Positions 9,929-17,416 of a DNA stretch of 54,223 nt are shown here, in pieces. This DNA comes from an uncultured Gammaproteobacteria bacterium. GTDB lineage: Bacteria; Patescibacteriota; Patescibacteriia; Patescibacteriales; UBA12465. How positions within the stretch are numbered: position 1 is the first letter of the stretch; every line of letters begins with the position of its first letter. The position numbers and the translations under genes are program-made. The DNA is taken from NCBI GenBank assembly GCA_964509735.1, contig CAZDYJ010000003.1, positions 1 through 54,223 on the forward strand, written 5' to 3'. The notes beneath the pieces were generated by a model. That model did not search any database. It had not been told where the DNA came from and was given only the letters and a program-made list of their open reading frames with translations.

Positions 9929-10705
9929 TTATATTTCAAGGCCAACTGGCGCATGATCAGAACCCTCTATTTTATCTAAAATAAAAGAATTTTTCAGTGA
10001 TTTTTTAAGTTTAGCCGATACACAGAAATAGTCAATCCGCCAACCAACATTACGCAGACGAGCCATAGCTCGGAAACTCCACCACGAATATTGAATTTTA
10101 TCACCATTTAAATACCTATAAGAATCAATAAAGCCTTCTTTTATAAATTTTGAAAAAGATTCTCTCTCTTCTTTTGTGTAACCAGACTCTCCCTCGTTTT
10201 GTTTTGGCCTTGCTAAATCAATTGATTCATGAGCGACGTTAAAATCGCCAGTAATTATAACCGGTTTTTTCTTTTCTAAAATTTTAGCTTTTTTTAACAT
10301 TTCTTCATTAAACTCAATTTTAAAATCTAAACGAGCTAAATCAGCCTGAGAGTTAGGAAAATAAGCATTTATTAAATAAAAATTTTTAGTTTCTAAAATT
10401 TGCACTCGACCCTCATCATCAAACTTATCCAAGCCTAAAACAGAAAAATTATCATTTATTTTACTAAGAATGCTTTCTTTGACTAAAATAGCCGTTCCGC
10501 TATAACCAGGTCTTTTAGCGGGACACCAAAATTCTTTATAACCTGGAAAATCGAATTGAGCTAAGGATATATCTTTTTCAGAAATCTTTATTTCTTGAAG
10601 ACATAATATGTCTGGGTTTTCTTTTTTTAAAAAATCCAGGAATCCTTTTTTTAAAACTGCCCTTATTCCATTTACATTCCAAGAAATTATTTTCATATAA
10701 AACAT
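9929..10705 (-). CDS. xth: Exodeoxyribonuclease III (AP endonuclease family)
   Basis: SWNVNG, LQEIK, GDFNV and SDHAPV motifs. The true start is probably the MKIISWNVNG Met at 10696. Confidence 0.9.
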   Translation of the reverse strand: MFYMKIISWNVNGIRAVLKKGFLDFLKKENPDILCLQEIKISEKDISLAQFDFPGYKEFWCPAKRPGYSGTAILVKESILSKINDNFSVLGLDKFDDEGRVQILETKNFYLINAYFPNSQADLARLDFKIEFNEEMLKKAKILEKKKPVIITGDFNVAHESIDLARPKQNEGESGYTKEERESFSKFIKEGFIDSYRYLNGDKIQYSWWSFRAMARLRNVGWRIDYFCVSAKLKKSLKNSFILDKIEGSDHAPVGLEI

Positions 10706-10720
10706 TTATTATGGTATAAT
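10692..10720 (+). promoter_or_regulatory. Candidate sigma70-type promoter with extended -10 for the DsbA-like/por operon
   Basis: TTCATA (10692-10697), 17 nt spacer, then TGgTATAAT (10712-10720), 60 nt upstream of the 10781 ATG. AT-rich background makes chance matches likely. Confidence 0.35.
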
Positions 10721-10780
10721 AAAAACACAAAATAATTATACTTTAAAAGAAGCGTCAATTCAAATTAGCTTCCAAGTTTT

Positions 10781-11578
10781 ATGAGTATTTCTGATCGATT
10801 AAATTATGCCCGGATGAAATCTAAGCATCAAAAAATGCTTTTACCTTGGCATAAAAAATGGTGGGGAGTTTTATTAATAATTTTTCTTATTATTCTGGTT
10901 ATAATTGTTATTTTTTCCACTTTCTACGTAATAAACAGAACAAAAGAAATAATTAAAGAAAGAGAGGCTGTTGGACTCACTACTAATACGCTGGTTTATT
11001 TAAGATCTATTGAAGGCGATGGTAGTAATTATTATTTAGGAAAAAATCAATCTTTTTATAATTATTTTCTAAACGCTCAAAATAATATAAACCAAGAACC
11101 GGTAGTTGATGTCGTTGTCTTTAGTAATTTTTCTTGTGCGTTTAGTGCTCAATCATCAAGGATAATGAGATCTATGGCTACTGAATTTGGCGAAAAGGTT
11201 CGCTTTGTCTTTCGTGACAGCCCAACCCAGGATTCGATAGTTTTAGCAGTTGGTGCTCGCTGTGCCGGAGAGCAAGGAAAGTTTTGGGAAATGCATGATT
11301 TTTTATTTGAATTACAAGATGATTTTTCCAGCTTAATTGAAGAAGATGAAAAAAAATTATTTTTAAAACAAATGGCTGAAATACTAGAATTAGATACAGA
11401 AAAATTTAACACCTGCTTAGAAGAAAGAAAGTATTTAGAAAAAATAAAAAAAGATTACGAAGACGGAGAAAAACTAAATATTTCTGGAACTCCAACCTGG
11501 TTCGTTAATGGGCAAGAAATTATTGGTTCTTTAAGTGAAGATTTATTTCGCAATCTTCTATCTGGATTAATTAAATAA
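10781..11578 (+). CDS. Membrane-anchored DsbA-family thioredoxin-fold protein with a CxxS (CAFS) active-site motif
   Basis: N-terminal TM (WWGVLLIIFLIILVIIVIFSTFYVI). DsbA-like layout: VVVFSNFSCAFSAQ ... GKFWEMHDFLF ... ISGTPTWFVNG (cis-Pro loop TP). Confidence 0.75.
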   Translation: MSISDRLNYARMKSKHQKMLLPWHKKWWGVLLIIFLIILVIIVIFSTFYVINRTKEIIKEREAVGLTTNTLVYLRSIEGDGSNYYLGKNQSFYNYFLNAQNNINQEPVVDVVVFSNFSCAFSAQSSRIMRSMATEFGEKVRFVFRDSPTQDSIVLAVGARCAGEQGKFWEMHDFLFELQDDFSSLIEEDEKKLFLKQMAEILELDTEKFNTCLEERKYLEKIKKDYEDGEKLNISGTPTWFVNGQEIIGSLSEDLFRNLLSGLIK

Positions 11579-11590
11579 GCTATTAAAAGT

Positions 11591-12133
11591 ATGCAAGAAA
11601 TAAGAGTTCATGGACGTGGCGGTCAGGGGGTTGTTACAGCCGCCGAATTGTTAGCTATGGCTGCTTTTTATGACGGAAAAGAGGCTCAAGCTTTTCCTAA
11701 TTTCGGAGTTGAAAGAAGTGGTGCTCCAATTCAGTCTTACGCCAGAATTAGTGATAAAAAAATAATTACCAGAGAACATATTTATAAACCAAGTGTTTTA
11801 ATAATTCAAGATTCAAGTTTAATAACCACCACGCCAATATTTAAAGGTTGTGATAATAAAACTGTTGTTATTATAAATGACGAAAAATCAAATTGGCCAG
11901 ATGTAAAAATATTTCCTAGTAAAAAGATTTTTTTCTCTCCGGCTACAAAAATAGCTTTAGAAATAATTGGGAAAAACATTGTAAACACAGTTATTCTTGG
12001 AGCTTTCGCAAAACACACGAATTTAGTTTCTTTAAAATCTCTTGAGAAAGCGATTAAAGAAAAATTTAAAGAAAAAAGTGAGGCAATAATAAATAAAAAT
12101 ATTGAAGCTTTACGCCGTGCTTATAAAAATTAA
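11591..12133 (+). CDS. porG: Pyruvate/2-oxoacid:ferredoxin oxidoreductase, gamma subunit
   Basis: GRGGQGVVTAAELLA N-terminus typical of POR gamma, 180 aa, in operon context with the delta, alpha and beta subunits. Substrate (pyruvate versus another 2-oxoacid) is not determinable. Confidence 0.85.
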   Translation: MQEIRVHGRGGQGVVTAAELLAMAAFYDGKEAQAFPNFGVERSGAPIQSYARISDKKIITREHIYKPSVLIIQDSSLITTTPIFKGCDNKTVVIINDEKSNWPDVKIFPSKKIFFSPATKIALEIIGKNIVNTVILGAFAKHTNLVSLKSLEKAIKEKFKEKSEAIINKNIEALRRAYKN

Positions 12134-12136
12134 TTT

Positions 12137-12400
12137 ATGAAAAGACTTATAACAAAACCAAACAGTTCTTTAGGCAATAAAACTGGTCCTTGGCGAACAC
12201 ATAAACCAATCAGCGATAGAGATATTTGTATTAGCTGTGGCTTATGTGCAAAAATTTGCCCGGAGGCTTGTATTGAAATGGAAAAACTAAAGAATTATGA
12301 GAAGCTAAAACCGGTAACTGATTATGATTATTGTAAAGGCTGCGGTCTTTGTGTTAAAGAGTGCCCGGTAAAAGCAATTCGAATGGAAGAAGATTTTTAA
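12137..12400 (+). CDS. porD: 2-oxoacid:ferredoxin oxidoreductase, delta subunit (2x[4Fe-4S] ferredoxin)
   Basis: Two CxxCxxCxxxCP motifs (CISCGLCAKICP, CKGCGLCVKECP), 87 aa. Confidence 0.85.
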   Translation: MKRLITKPNSSLGNKTGPWRTHKPISDRDICISCGLCAKICPEACIEMEKLKNYEKLKPVTDYDYCKGCGLCVKECPVKAIRMEEDF

Positions 12401-12404
12401 AAAT

Positions 12405-13571
12405 ATGAAAAATAAAATAAAAAAAGAGTTTTTAGAAGGGTCAAGAGCGGTGGCTTTAACTATTTTAAATATTAATCCGGCTGTTGTTTCTGCTTACCCC
12501 ATAACCCCCCAAACTCATATAGTTGAAGACTTAGCAAAAATGAAAGCTGATGGCACAGCTGATTTCGAATACTTAAGAGCGGAAAGTGAATTTGCAGCTG
12601 CCTCTATAGTTTTAGGAGCTAGCGCGGCTGGAGTAAGAACTTACAGCGCTACCAGCTCTCAGGGCTTATTGCTAATGTCTGAGGTTGTTCATAATATTTC
12701 TGGTCTACGCTTACCAGTTGTTATGACTTGTGCTAATCGGGCAATTTCTTCACCAATTAATATCTGGAACGATCATAGTGATATTATGAACCTACGTGAT
12801 GCAGGTTTTATTCAGTTTTTTGCCTCAGATCTTCAAGAGGCAGTTAATCAACATATTTTAGCTTATAAAATTGCCGAGAAAATGAATTTACCAGTTATGA
12901 TAAATATGGATGGCTTTATTTTAACTCATTCTTATGAACCGGTTTTTATTCCATCACGTTCTTTAATTAAAAAATTTCTACCTGATTATAAACCAGAAAA
13001 AGGCACTTATCTTGATCCAAAAAATCCTCTAACTTTAGGAGCTTTCTTCCCTCCCGAATATTATATGAAGACTCGCCAGGACTTACATGACGATCTTTTA
13101 ATTTCCCTTGAATTAATTAAAAAAGAAACAAAAAATCTAAATAAAATAATTGGCTTTAAAAATGTTGATAATGGACTAGTTGAATATATTGGTGATAAAA
13201 AAGCAAAAACAGTTTTAGTAGCTCTTGGCTCGGTTAATGGCACGATTGAAGAAGTTATAAAAAAGATTAAAAATGTTTCTTTGTTAAAAATAAAAACCTA
13301 TCGTCCTTGGCCAAGAGAAGAAATAAAAAAGTCTTTAGAAAAATGTGAAAATATTGCCGCGATTGAAAAGTTTATTGGACTTGGTCAAGCTGGACCTCTT
13401 TACCTCGATTTAGTAGAAACTTTTAGTCAAGAAAAAAAACAAAAAAATATTAAAAATTATATTGTCGGTCTGGGCGGTAAAGATGTTAGTCAGGAAATGA
13501 TTAAAAAAATAATAACAGATGTTCAAAAAAAACATCAGTCCATAGAAGAAGTGGCTAAATTTTTCTATTAA
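12405..13571 (+). CDS. porA: 2-oxoacid:ferredoxin oxidoreductase, alpha subunit
   Basis: 388 aa. N-terminus GSRAVALT...VVSAYPITPQT typical of POR alpha. Confidence 0.9.
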   Translation: MKNKIKKEFLEGSRAVALTILNINPAVVSAYPITPQTHIVEDLAKMKADGTADFEYLRAESEFAAASIVLGASAAGVRTYSATSSQGLLLMSEVVHNISGLRLPVVMTCANRAISSPINIWNDHSDIMNLRDAGFIQFFASDLQEAVNQHILAYKIAEKMNLPVMINMDGFILTHSYEPVFIPSRSLIKKFLPDYKPEKGTYLDPKNPLTLGAFFPPEYYMKTRQDLHDDLLISLELIKKETKNLNKIIGFKNVDNGLVEYIGDKKAKTVLVALGSVNGTIEEVIKKIKNVSLLKIKTYRPWPREEIKKSLEKCENIAAIEKFIGLGQAGPLYLDLVETFSQEKKQKNIKNYIVGLGGKDVSQEMIKKIITDVQKKHQSIEEVAKFFY

Positions 13572-13575
13572 AAAT

Positions 13576-14559
13576 ATGTTTAAAAACCAAAACAAAAAGA
13601 TAAAATCACTGACCATATTAATTGTTTTAGCAATTTGTTTTCTTGGCTTACCATATTTTGTTTTTGCCACTACCTCAACAAGTAAATTTGAAACGCTTTA
13701 TTTTACTCCACAAATTGAAATTCCTAATTCGGGCATTTCAGGAAAAACCTCCCTGTCTGGTGCACCAAATGCGGACGGAGTTGTAACTAGCAATTTACTG
13801 GGAGTCTACATTAAAGCAATTTATAATTATGGCTTAAGTGTAGCAGGTATATTAGCAGCTATAGTTATGATGGCTGGTGGTATTATGTGGCTTACCTCGG
13901 GAGGAGATTCTGGGCAAGTTTCTAAGGCAAAAAGTTTTATTGGCGGTAGTTTAGTGGGTTTATTTTTACTTTTTGGTGTCTATATAATTTTAAATACTGT
14001 TAACCCACTATTGGTTGAGTTAAAGGAATTGCCTACTATGACTATAAAAAGCGTGGTAACAGAAAATGTTTATTGTTGTCACCCGCAAAAAGGTCTTGTA
14101 AATATAAGTGTAAAAAAAATTGGTGATGATTTATTTTATGCTGACAGTAGAAACGAGGTTGGTGGAAAAATTAAAGAAGAAGGAACAAGTTTTTCTGGTT
14201 GCTGGAACGAACTTGCTTCAGAGGATTGTAAACCTGAAGACAGTGCTCAGTGTATTAAAGATGATAAACTAAAAAGTTATGTTTGTATAAATCCAAAAAA
14301 TAAAATCTGCTGTACTTGCACAGTGGGTGATAATTGGATCATGAACAGATACACATCCTGTCGAGAAAATGTTACTCAGGATGAGTGTGATAAATTCTGT
14401 AATGGAGAATTAAAGAAATACGAAACAAAGGATAATAAAACTTATAAGCTTTTTAACAACCTTTACCCCATTAAACATGGTTTATATAAATGCACCGATG
14501 CTACAAAAGGTCAAGTGTGTGATTATACTAGTCAAGGTGGGTCTGGTGGTTCTTGGTAA
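13576..14559 (+). CDS. Exported TrbC/VirB2-like (T4SS-pilin-type) two-helix membrane protein with a 14-Cys C-terminal domain
   Basis: Signal/anchor (LTILIVLAICFLGLPYFVFA). Helix-loop-helix core YNYGLSVAGILAAIVMMAGGIMWLTSGGDSGQVSKAKSFIGGSLVGLFLLFGVYIILNTVNP. C-terminal ~165 aa holds 14 Cys. Start lies 4 nt after the porA stop. Confidence 0.7.
   Translation: MFKNQNKKIKSLTILIVLAICFLGLPYFVFATTSTSKFETLYFTPQIEIPNSGISGKTSLSGAPNADGVVTSNLLGVYIKAIYNYGLSVAGILAAIVMMAGGIMWLTSGGDSGQVSKAKSFIGGSLVGLFLLFGVYIILNTVNPLLVELKELPTMTIKSVVTENVYCCHPQKGLVNISVKKIGDDLFYADSRNEVGGKIKEEGTSFSGCWNELASEDCKPEDSAQCIKDDKLKSYVCINPKNKICCTCTVGDNWIMNRYTSCRENVTQDECDKFCNGELKKYETKDNKTYKLFNNLYPIKHGLYKCTDATKGQVCDYTSQGGSGGSW
13831..13950 (+). 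repeat. 120-nt copy A of the conserved pilin-core coding repeat
   Basis: 108/120 nt identical to 16031-16150 by hand alignment. 38/40 encoded residues are identical. Confidence 0.9.
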
Positions 14560-14604
14560 TAAATTTAATTACCTTATAATCACACAAAAAATTTATTAAA
14601 GAAT

Positions 14605-15483
14605 ATGAAAAATATAAAATCAAAAAAATTCCTGTCACCCGGTCATAATGCTTGTGCTGGCTGTGGACAGTTGTCAGCCGCTCAAGCGGTTATGCGAGCT
14701 CTTAGTCCAGACACGATAATTGCTAATGCGACTGGTTGTTTAGAAGTAACTACGACTGCCTATCCTCAGAGTGCTTGGGGTTTACCTTGGATACATTCAT
14801 TATTTGAAAATGCTTCTAGTGTTGCCAGTGGAATACAAGCAGCTTTAAATAAAAAGGGGGATAAAAAAACAAAAGTAATAGTTCAGGCTGGTGACGGCGG
14901 AACTTATGATATTGGCTTTGGTCAGATAAGTGGCATGTGGGAAAGAGGTGAAAATATTTTATATATTTGTTATGACACAGAAGCTTATTCAAATACCGGC
15001 ATTCAAGCATCAGGCGCAACCCCTTACGGAGCAAGCACAACAACTAGTCCAAGCGGCAAAGATTCCATCGGTTCAACTCAAAGAAAAAAAGACATGATAG
15101 CTGTTGCTTTAGCTCACGGACTAAAATATGTTGCTCAAAGTTCAGCTGGCTTTCCTGATGATATAACTAATAAGGTAAAAAAAGCTTTAGCGACAAATGG
15201 CCCAAGCTACATTCAAATTCTTTCTCCTTGTATTCCTGGTTGGAATGTAAATTATGATGAGGCGGTTATGTTTGGAAAATTATCAGCCCAAACAGGTCTT
15301 TACCCTTTACTTGAATATGTTGATGGAAAATTAAGCTCTTCAAGTATTAGAGAAAACTTTCAAGCTAAGCCCGTAGAAGATTATCTTTTAAAACAAGGTC
15401 GCTTTAAACATTTAAAGCCAAGAGATATCGAGGAAATCCAAAAAATGGCTAATTTAAATATTGAAAAATATAGATTGATTTAA
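14605..15483 (+). CDS. porB: 2-oxoacid:ferredoxin oxidoreductase, beta subunit (TPP-binding)
   Basis: GHNACAGCG cysteine motif and TPP-binding GDGGTYDIG...Y.NTG; 292 aa. Confidence 0.9.
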   Translation: MKNIKSKKFLSPGHNACAGCGQLSAAQAVMRALSPDTIIANATGCLEVTTTAYPQSAWGLPWIHSLFENASSVASGIQAALNKKGDKKTKVIVQAGDGGTYDIGFGQISGMWERGENILYICYDTEAYSNTGIQASGATPYGASTTTSPSGKDSIGSTQRKKDMIAVALAHGLKYVAQSSAGFPDDITNKVKKALATNGPSYIQILSPCIPGWNVNYDEAVMFGKLSAQTGLYPLLEYVDGKLSSSSIRENFQAKPVEDYLLKQGRFKHLKPRDIEEIQKMANLNIEKYRLI

Positions 15484-15487
15484 AATT

Positions 15488-16819
15488 ATGAAAAAAATAA
15501 ATAAAATATTTTCTCTAAGCTTACTGGGAATAATGTTTTTTTCTGTCTTTGCTATATTTTTTCCTCAAGAAATAAATGCGGCCGATGGTTGTTCTAGGAG
15601 ATGTTTACCTTATGCAACAGGAATGGATATTACAACTTTATGTGCAACTACGAGCAATGAAACGTCCGCAGCATATGCGCTTCTTGGCTTAGCCACACCA
15701 GAGCTTTTAACTGATGGGGTCTGCACTGGTCAGCCAAGCATGACTTGTCCGGCTGGTAGCATTGCTGCTTGTTGTTGTTGTAGCACCTGCGCATACACAG
15801 CTCCAGCGCCACCAACTCCGAACACAGCCCAACAATACGCACAACAACAAGTTAACAATTGGGCACAAACTCAAACAATTTCTATACTCCCTAAATACAA
15901 TAATACTCCAGAGTTACAAATAAAATTACCAATTAACTTTGGAAAGGTAAATTGTGAAAATAATGATGATGGTGGCTTTGCTTGTTCAATCTCCTGGATC
16001 GGAGATTATGTTGCTTATGTTTACCGTTACGGCTTAAGTGTAGCGGGAATATTAGCGGCTATAGTGATGATGGCCGGTGGTGTTATGTGGCTTACCTCGG
16101 GCGGGGATTCGGGACAAGTTTCTAAGGCAAAAAGTTTTATTAGCGGTAGCGTTATTGGTTTGTTAATACTTTTTTCTACTTACATGATTCTTTATCAAAT
16201 TAATCCTGGATTAACAGAATTAAATCCTATAACAATTGGATATAAATCAACAGACAGACCTGTTCCTGGTGGAAGTGATAGTGTTTTTAATGCAACAACC
16301 CAATCGTGTTTAAACGATACAGAATTATTTCACGTTGGAGATATTGATAATATTTATATCAAACCAACTTGTTCTGACCCGAGACTATCAAAAACTTCTT
16401 ATGATGCTTTGAAAAAGGCAGCAGAGCTTGCTAAGGCTGAAGGTTTTAAAATTCAATTAAACAGTGCTAACAGGACTTACGAAAAACAGGTTGAACTTTG
16501 GGATAAGGAATATAAAGAACAAAAAGCAAAAAATCCAACCAAAACAGAAGCTGAAATAATTAAAATAACCGGCGGCATTGTAGCTCATCCGGATAAATGC
16601 AAAGCTCCAAATTGTAGTGGTCATTGTGGAGGAGTAGCTGTTGATATTTGTTTATTCGGAACCTCGTCCTGCAATAAAATAGGCGGCCGCACAAATGCTG
16701 TTTACAAAGATGCTCATACTAAAAAATTAGAAGAAATAATGAATAAGGCTGGTTGGGGAAGATACTGTGGAGAATGGTGGCATTTTCAAACAAATCTAAC
16801 AGCCACTCCTTGCTCATAA
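15488..16819 (+). CDS. Exported T4SS-pilin-like membrane protein fused to a VanY/M15-family peptidoglycan peptidase domain
   Basis: Signal/anchor. Cys-rich N-terminal region including CCCC (15770-15781). Core YRYGLSVAGILAAIVMMAGGVMWLTSGGDSGQVSKAKSFISGS...YQINP. C-terminal SGHCGGVAVD (SxHxxGxAxD, 16616-16645) and EWWH (ExxH, 16772-16783). Confidence 0.75.
   Translation: MKKINKIFSLSLLGIMFFSVFAIFFPQEINAADGCSRRCLPYATGMDITTLCATTSNETSAAYALLGLATPELLTDGVCTGQPSMTCPAGSIAACCCCSTCAYTAPAPPTPNTAQQYAQQQVNNWAQTQTISILPKYNNTPELQIKLPINFGKVNCENNDDGGFACSISWIGDYVAYVYRYGLSVAGILAAIVMMAGGVMWLTSGGDSGQVSKAKSFISGSVIGLLILFSTYMILYQINPGLTELNPITIGYKSTDRPVPGGSDSVFNATTQSCLNDTELFHVGDIDNIYIKPTCSDPRLSKTSYDALKKAAELAKAEGFKIQLNSANRTYEKQVELWDKEYKEQKAKNPTKTEAEIIKITGGIVAHPDKCKAPNCSGHCGGVAVDICLFGTSSCNKIGGRTNAVYKDAHTKKLEEIMNKAGWGRYCGEWWHFQTNLTATPCS
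16031..16150 (+). repeat. 120-nt copy B of the conserved pilin-core coding repeat (direct orientation, flanks porB with copy A)
   Basis: See copy A; of the 12 nucleotide differences only 2 change the encoded residue (I/V and G/S). Confidence 0.9.
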
Positions 16820-16851
16820 AAATATTTTTAAAAACTGAGCCTTAAAAATAT

Positions 16852-16889
16852 AAAAAAACCTTTCCATTATACATTGGAAAGGTTTTTTT
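16852..16889. terminator. Bidirectional rho-independent terminator between the convergent por operon and rnhA
   Basis: A-run, stem CCTTTCCA (16859-16866) / TGGAAAGG (16875-16882), 8-nt loop, then a T7 run. Symmetric A/T runs allow function on both strands. Confidence 0.75.
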
Positions 16890-17003
16890 AAATAAGCAGA
16901 AAATGATGTGCGAATATTTTTTAGCGAGCTACGAGTCTTTATAAGCGCCACTTAATTAACCACAAAAAATATCAAAAGCACGACAAAATAATTCATTATA
17001 CAA

Positions 17004-17408
17004 TTACCTCCCTCTATCCATAGCCTCATTGGCCAACTGATCAGCTTCTTTATTGAGTTCACGTCGAATGTGAGTATAATTTATATTCTTAAAACCTAGT
17101 GATAAATTATGAATTTCTAAAAACAAAGGCGCTAGATCGGCATTTTTAACTTTATATTCTCTTTTTAGTTGTTTAACAACTAATTCACTATCTAAAAAGC
17201 ATTGAATATCTTCCCCTTTTAATTCTTTAGCTTTTTTAAGTGCGGCTAGTAAAGCTCTGTATTCGGCTTGATTGTTAGTTGTGTTTCCTAAAAATTCAGA
17301 CACTTCAGCAATCTTATTTTTTTTCTCATCATATAAAACAGCTCCTATGCCAGCTGGCCCAGGATTGCCACGTGCCCCACCATCGCTATAAATAATAATT
17401 TTTTTCAT
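17004..17408 (-). CDS. rnhA: Ribonuclease HI
   Basis: DGGARGNPGPAGIG, TNNQAEYRAL, DSELVVKQ and NKEADQLAN (DEDD catalytic pattern); 134 aa. Confidence 0.85.
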   Translation of the reverse strand: MKKIIIYSDGGARGNPGPAGIGAVLYDEKKNKIAEVSEFLGNTTNNQAEYRALLAALKKAKELKGEDIQCFLDSELVVKQLKREYKVKNADLAPLFLEIHNLSLGFKNINYTHIRRELNKEADQLANEAMDRGR

Positions 17409-17416
17409 ATAAGTAT

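Noticed and set aside
13831-16150. The two 120-nt repeats might have been IS ends, a CRISPR-like array or an assembly duplication.
   Set aside because: There are only two copies, both in frame inside paralogous genes and encoding the same membrane hairpin. The differences are almost all silent at the protein level. No transposase or spacer-repeat periodicity is present.
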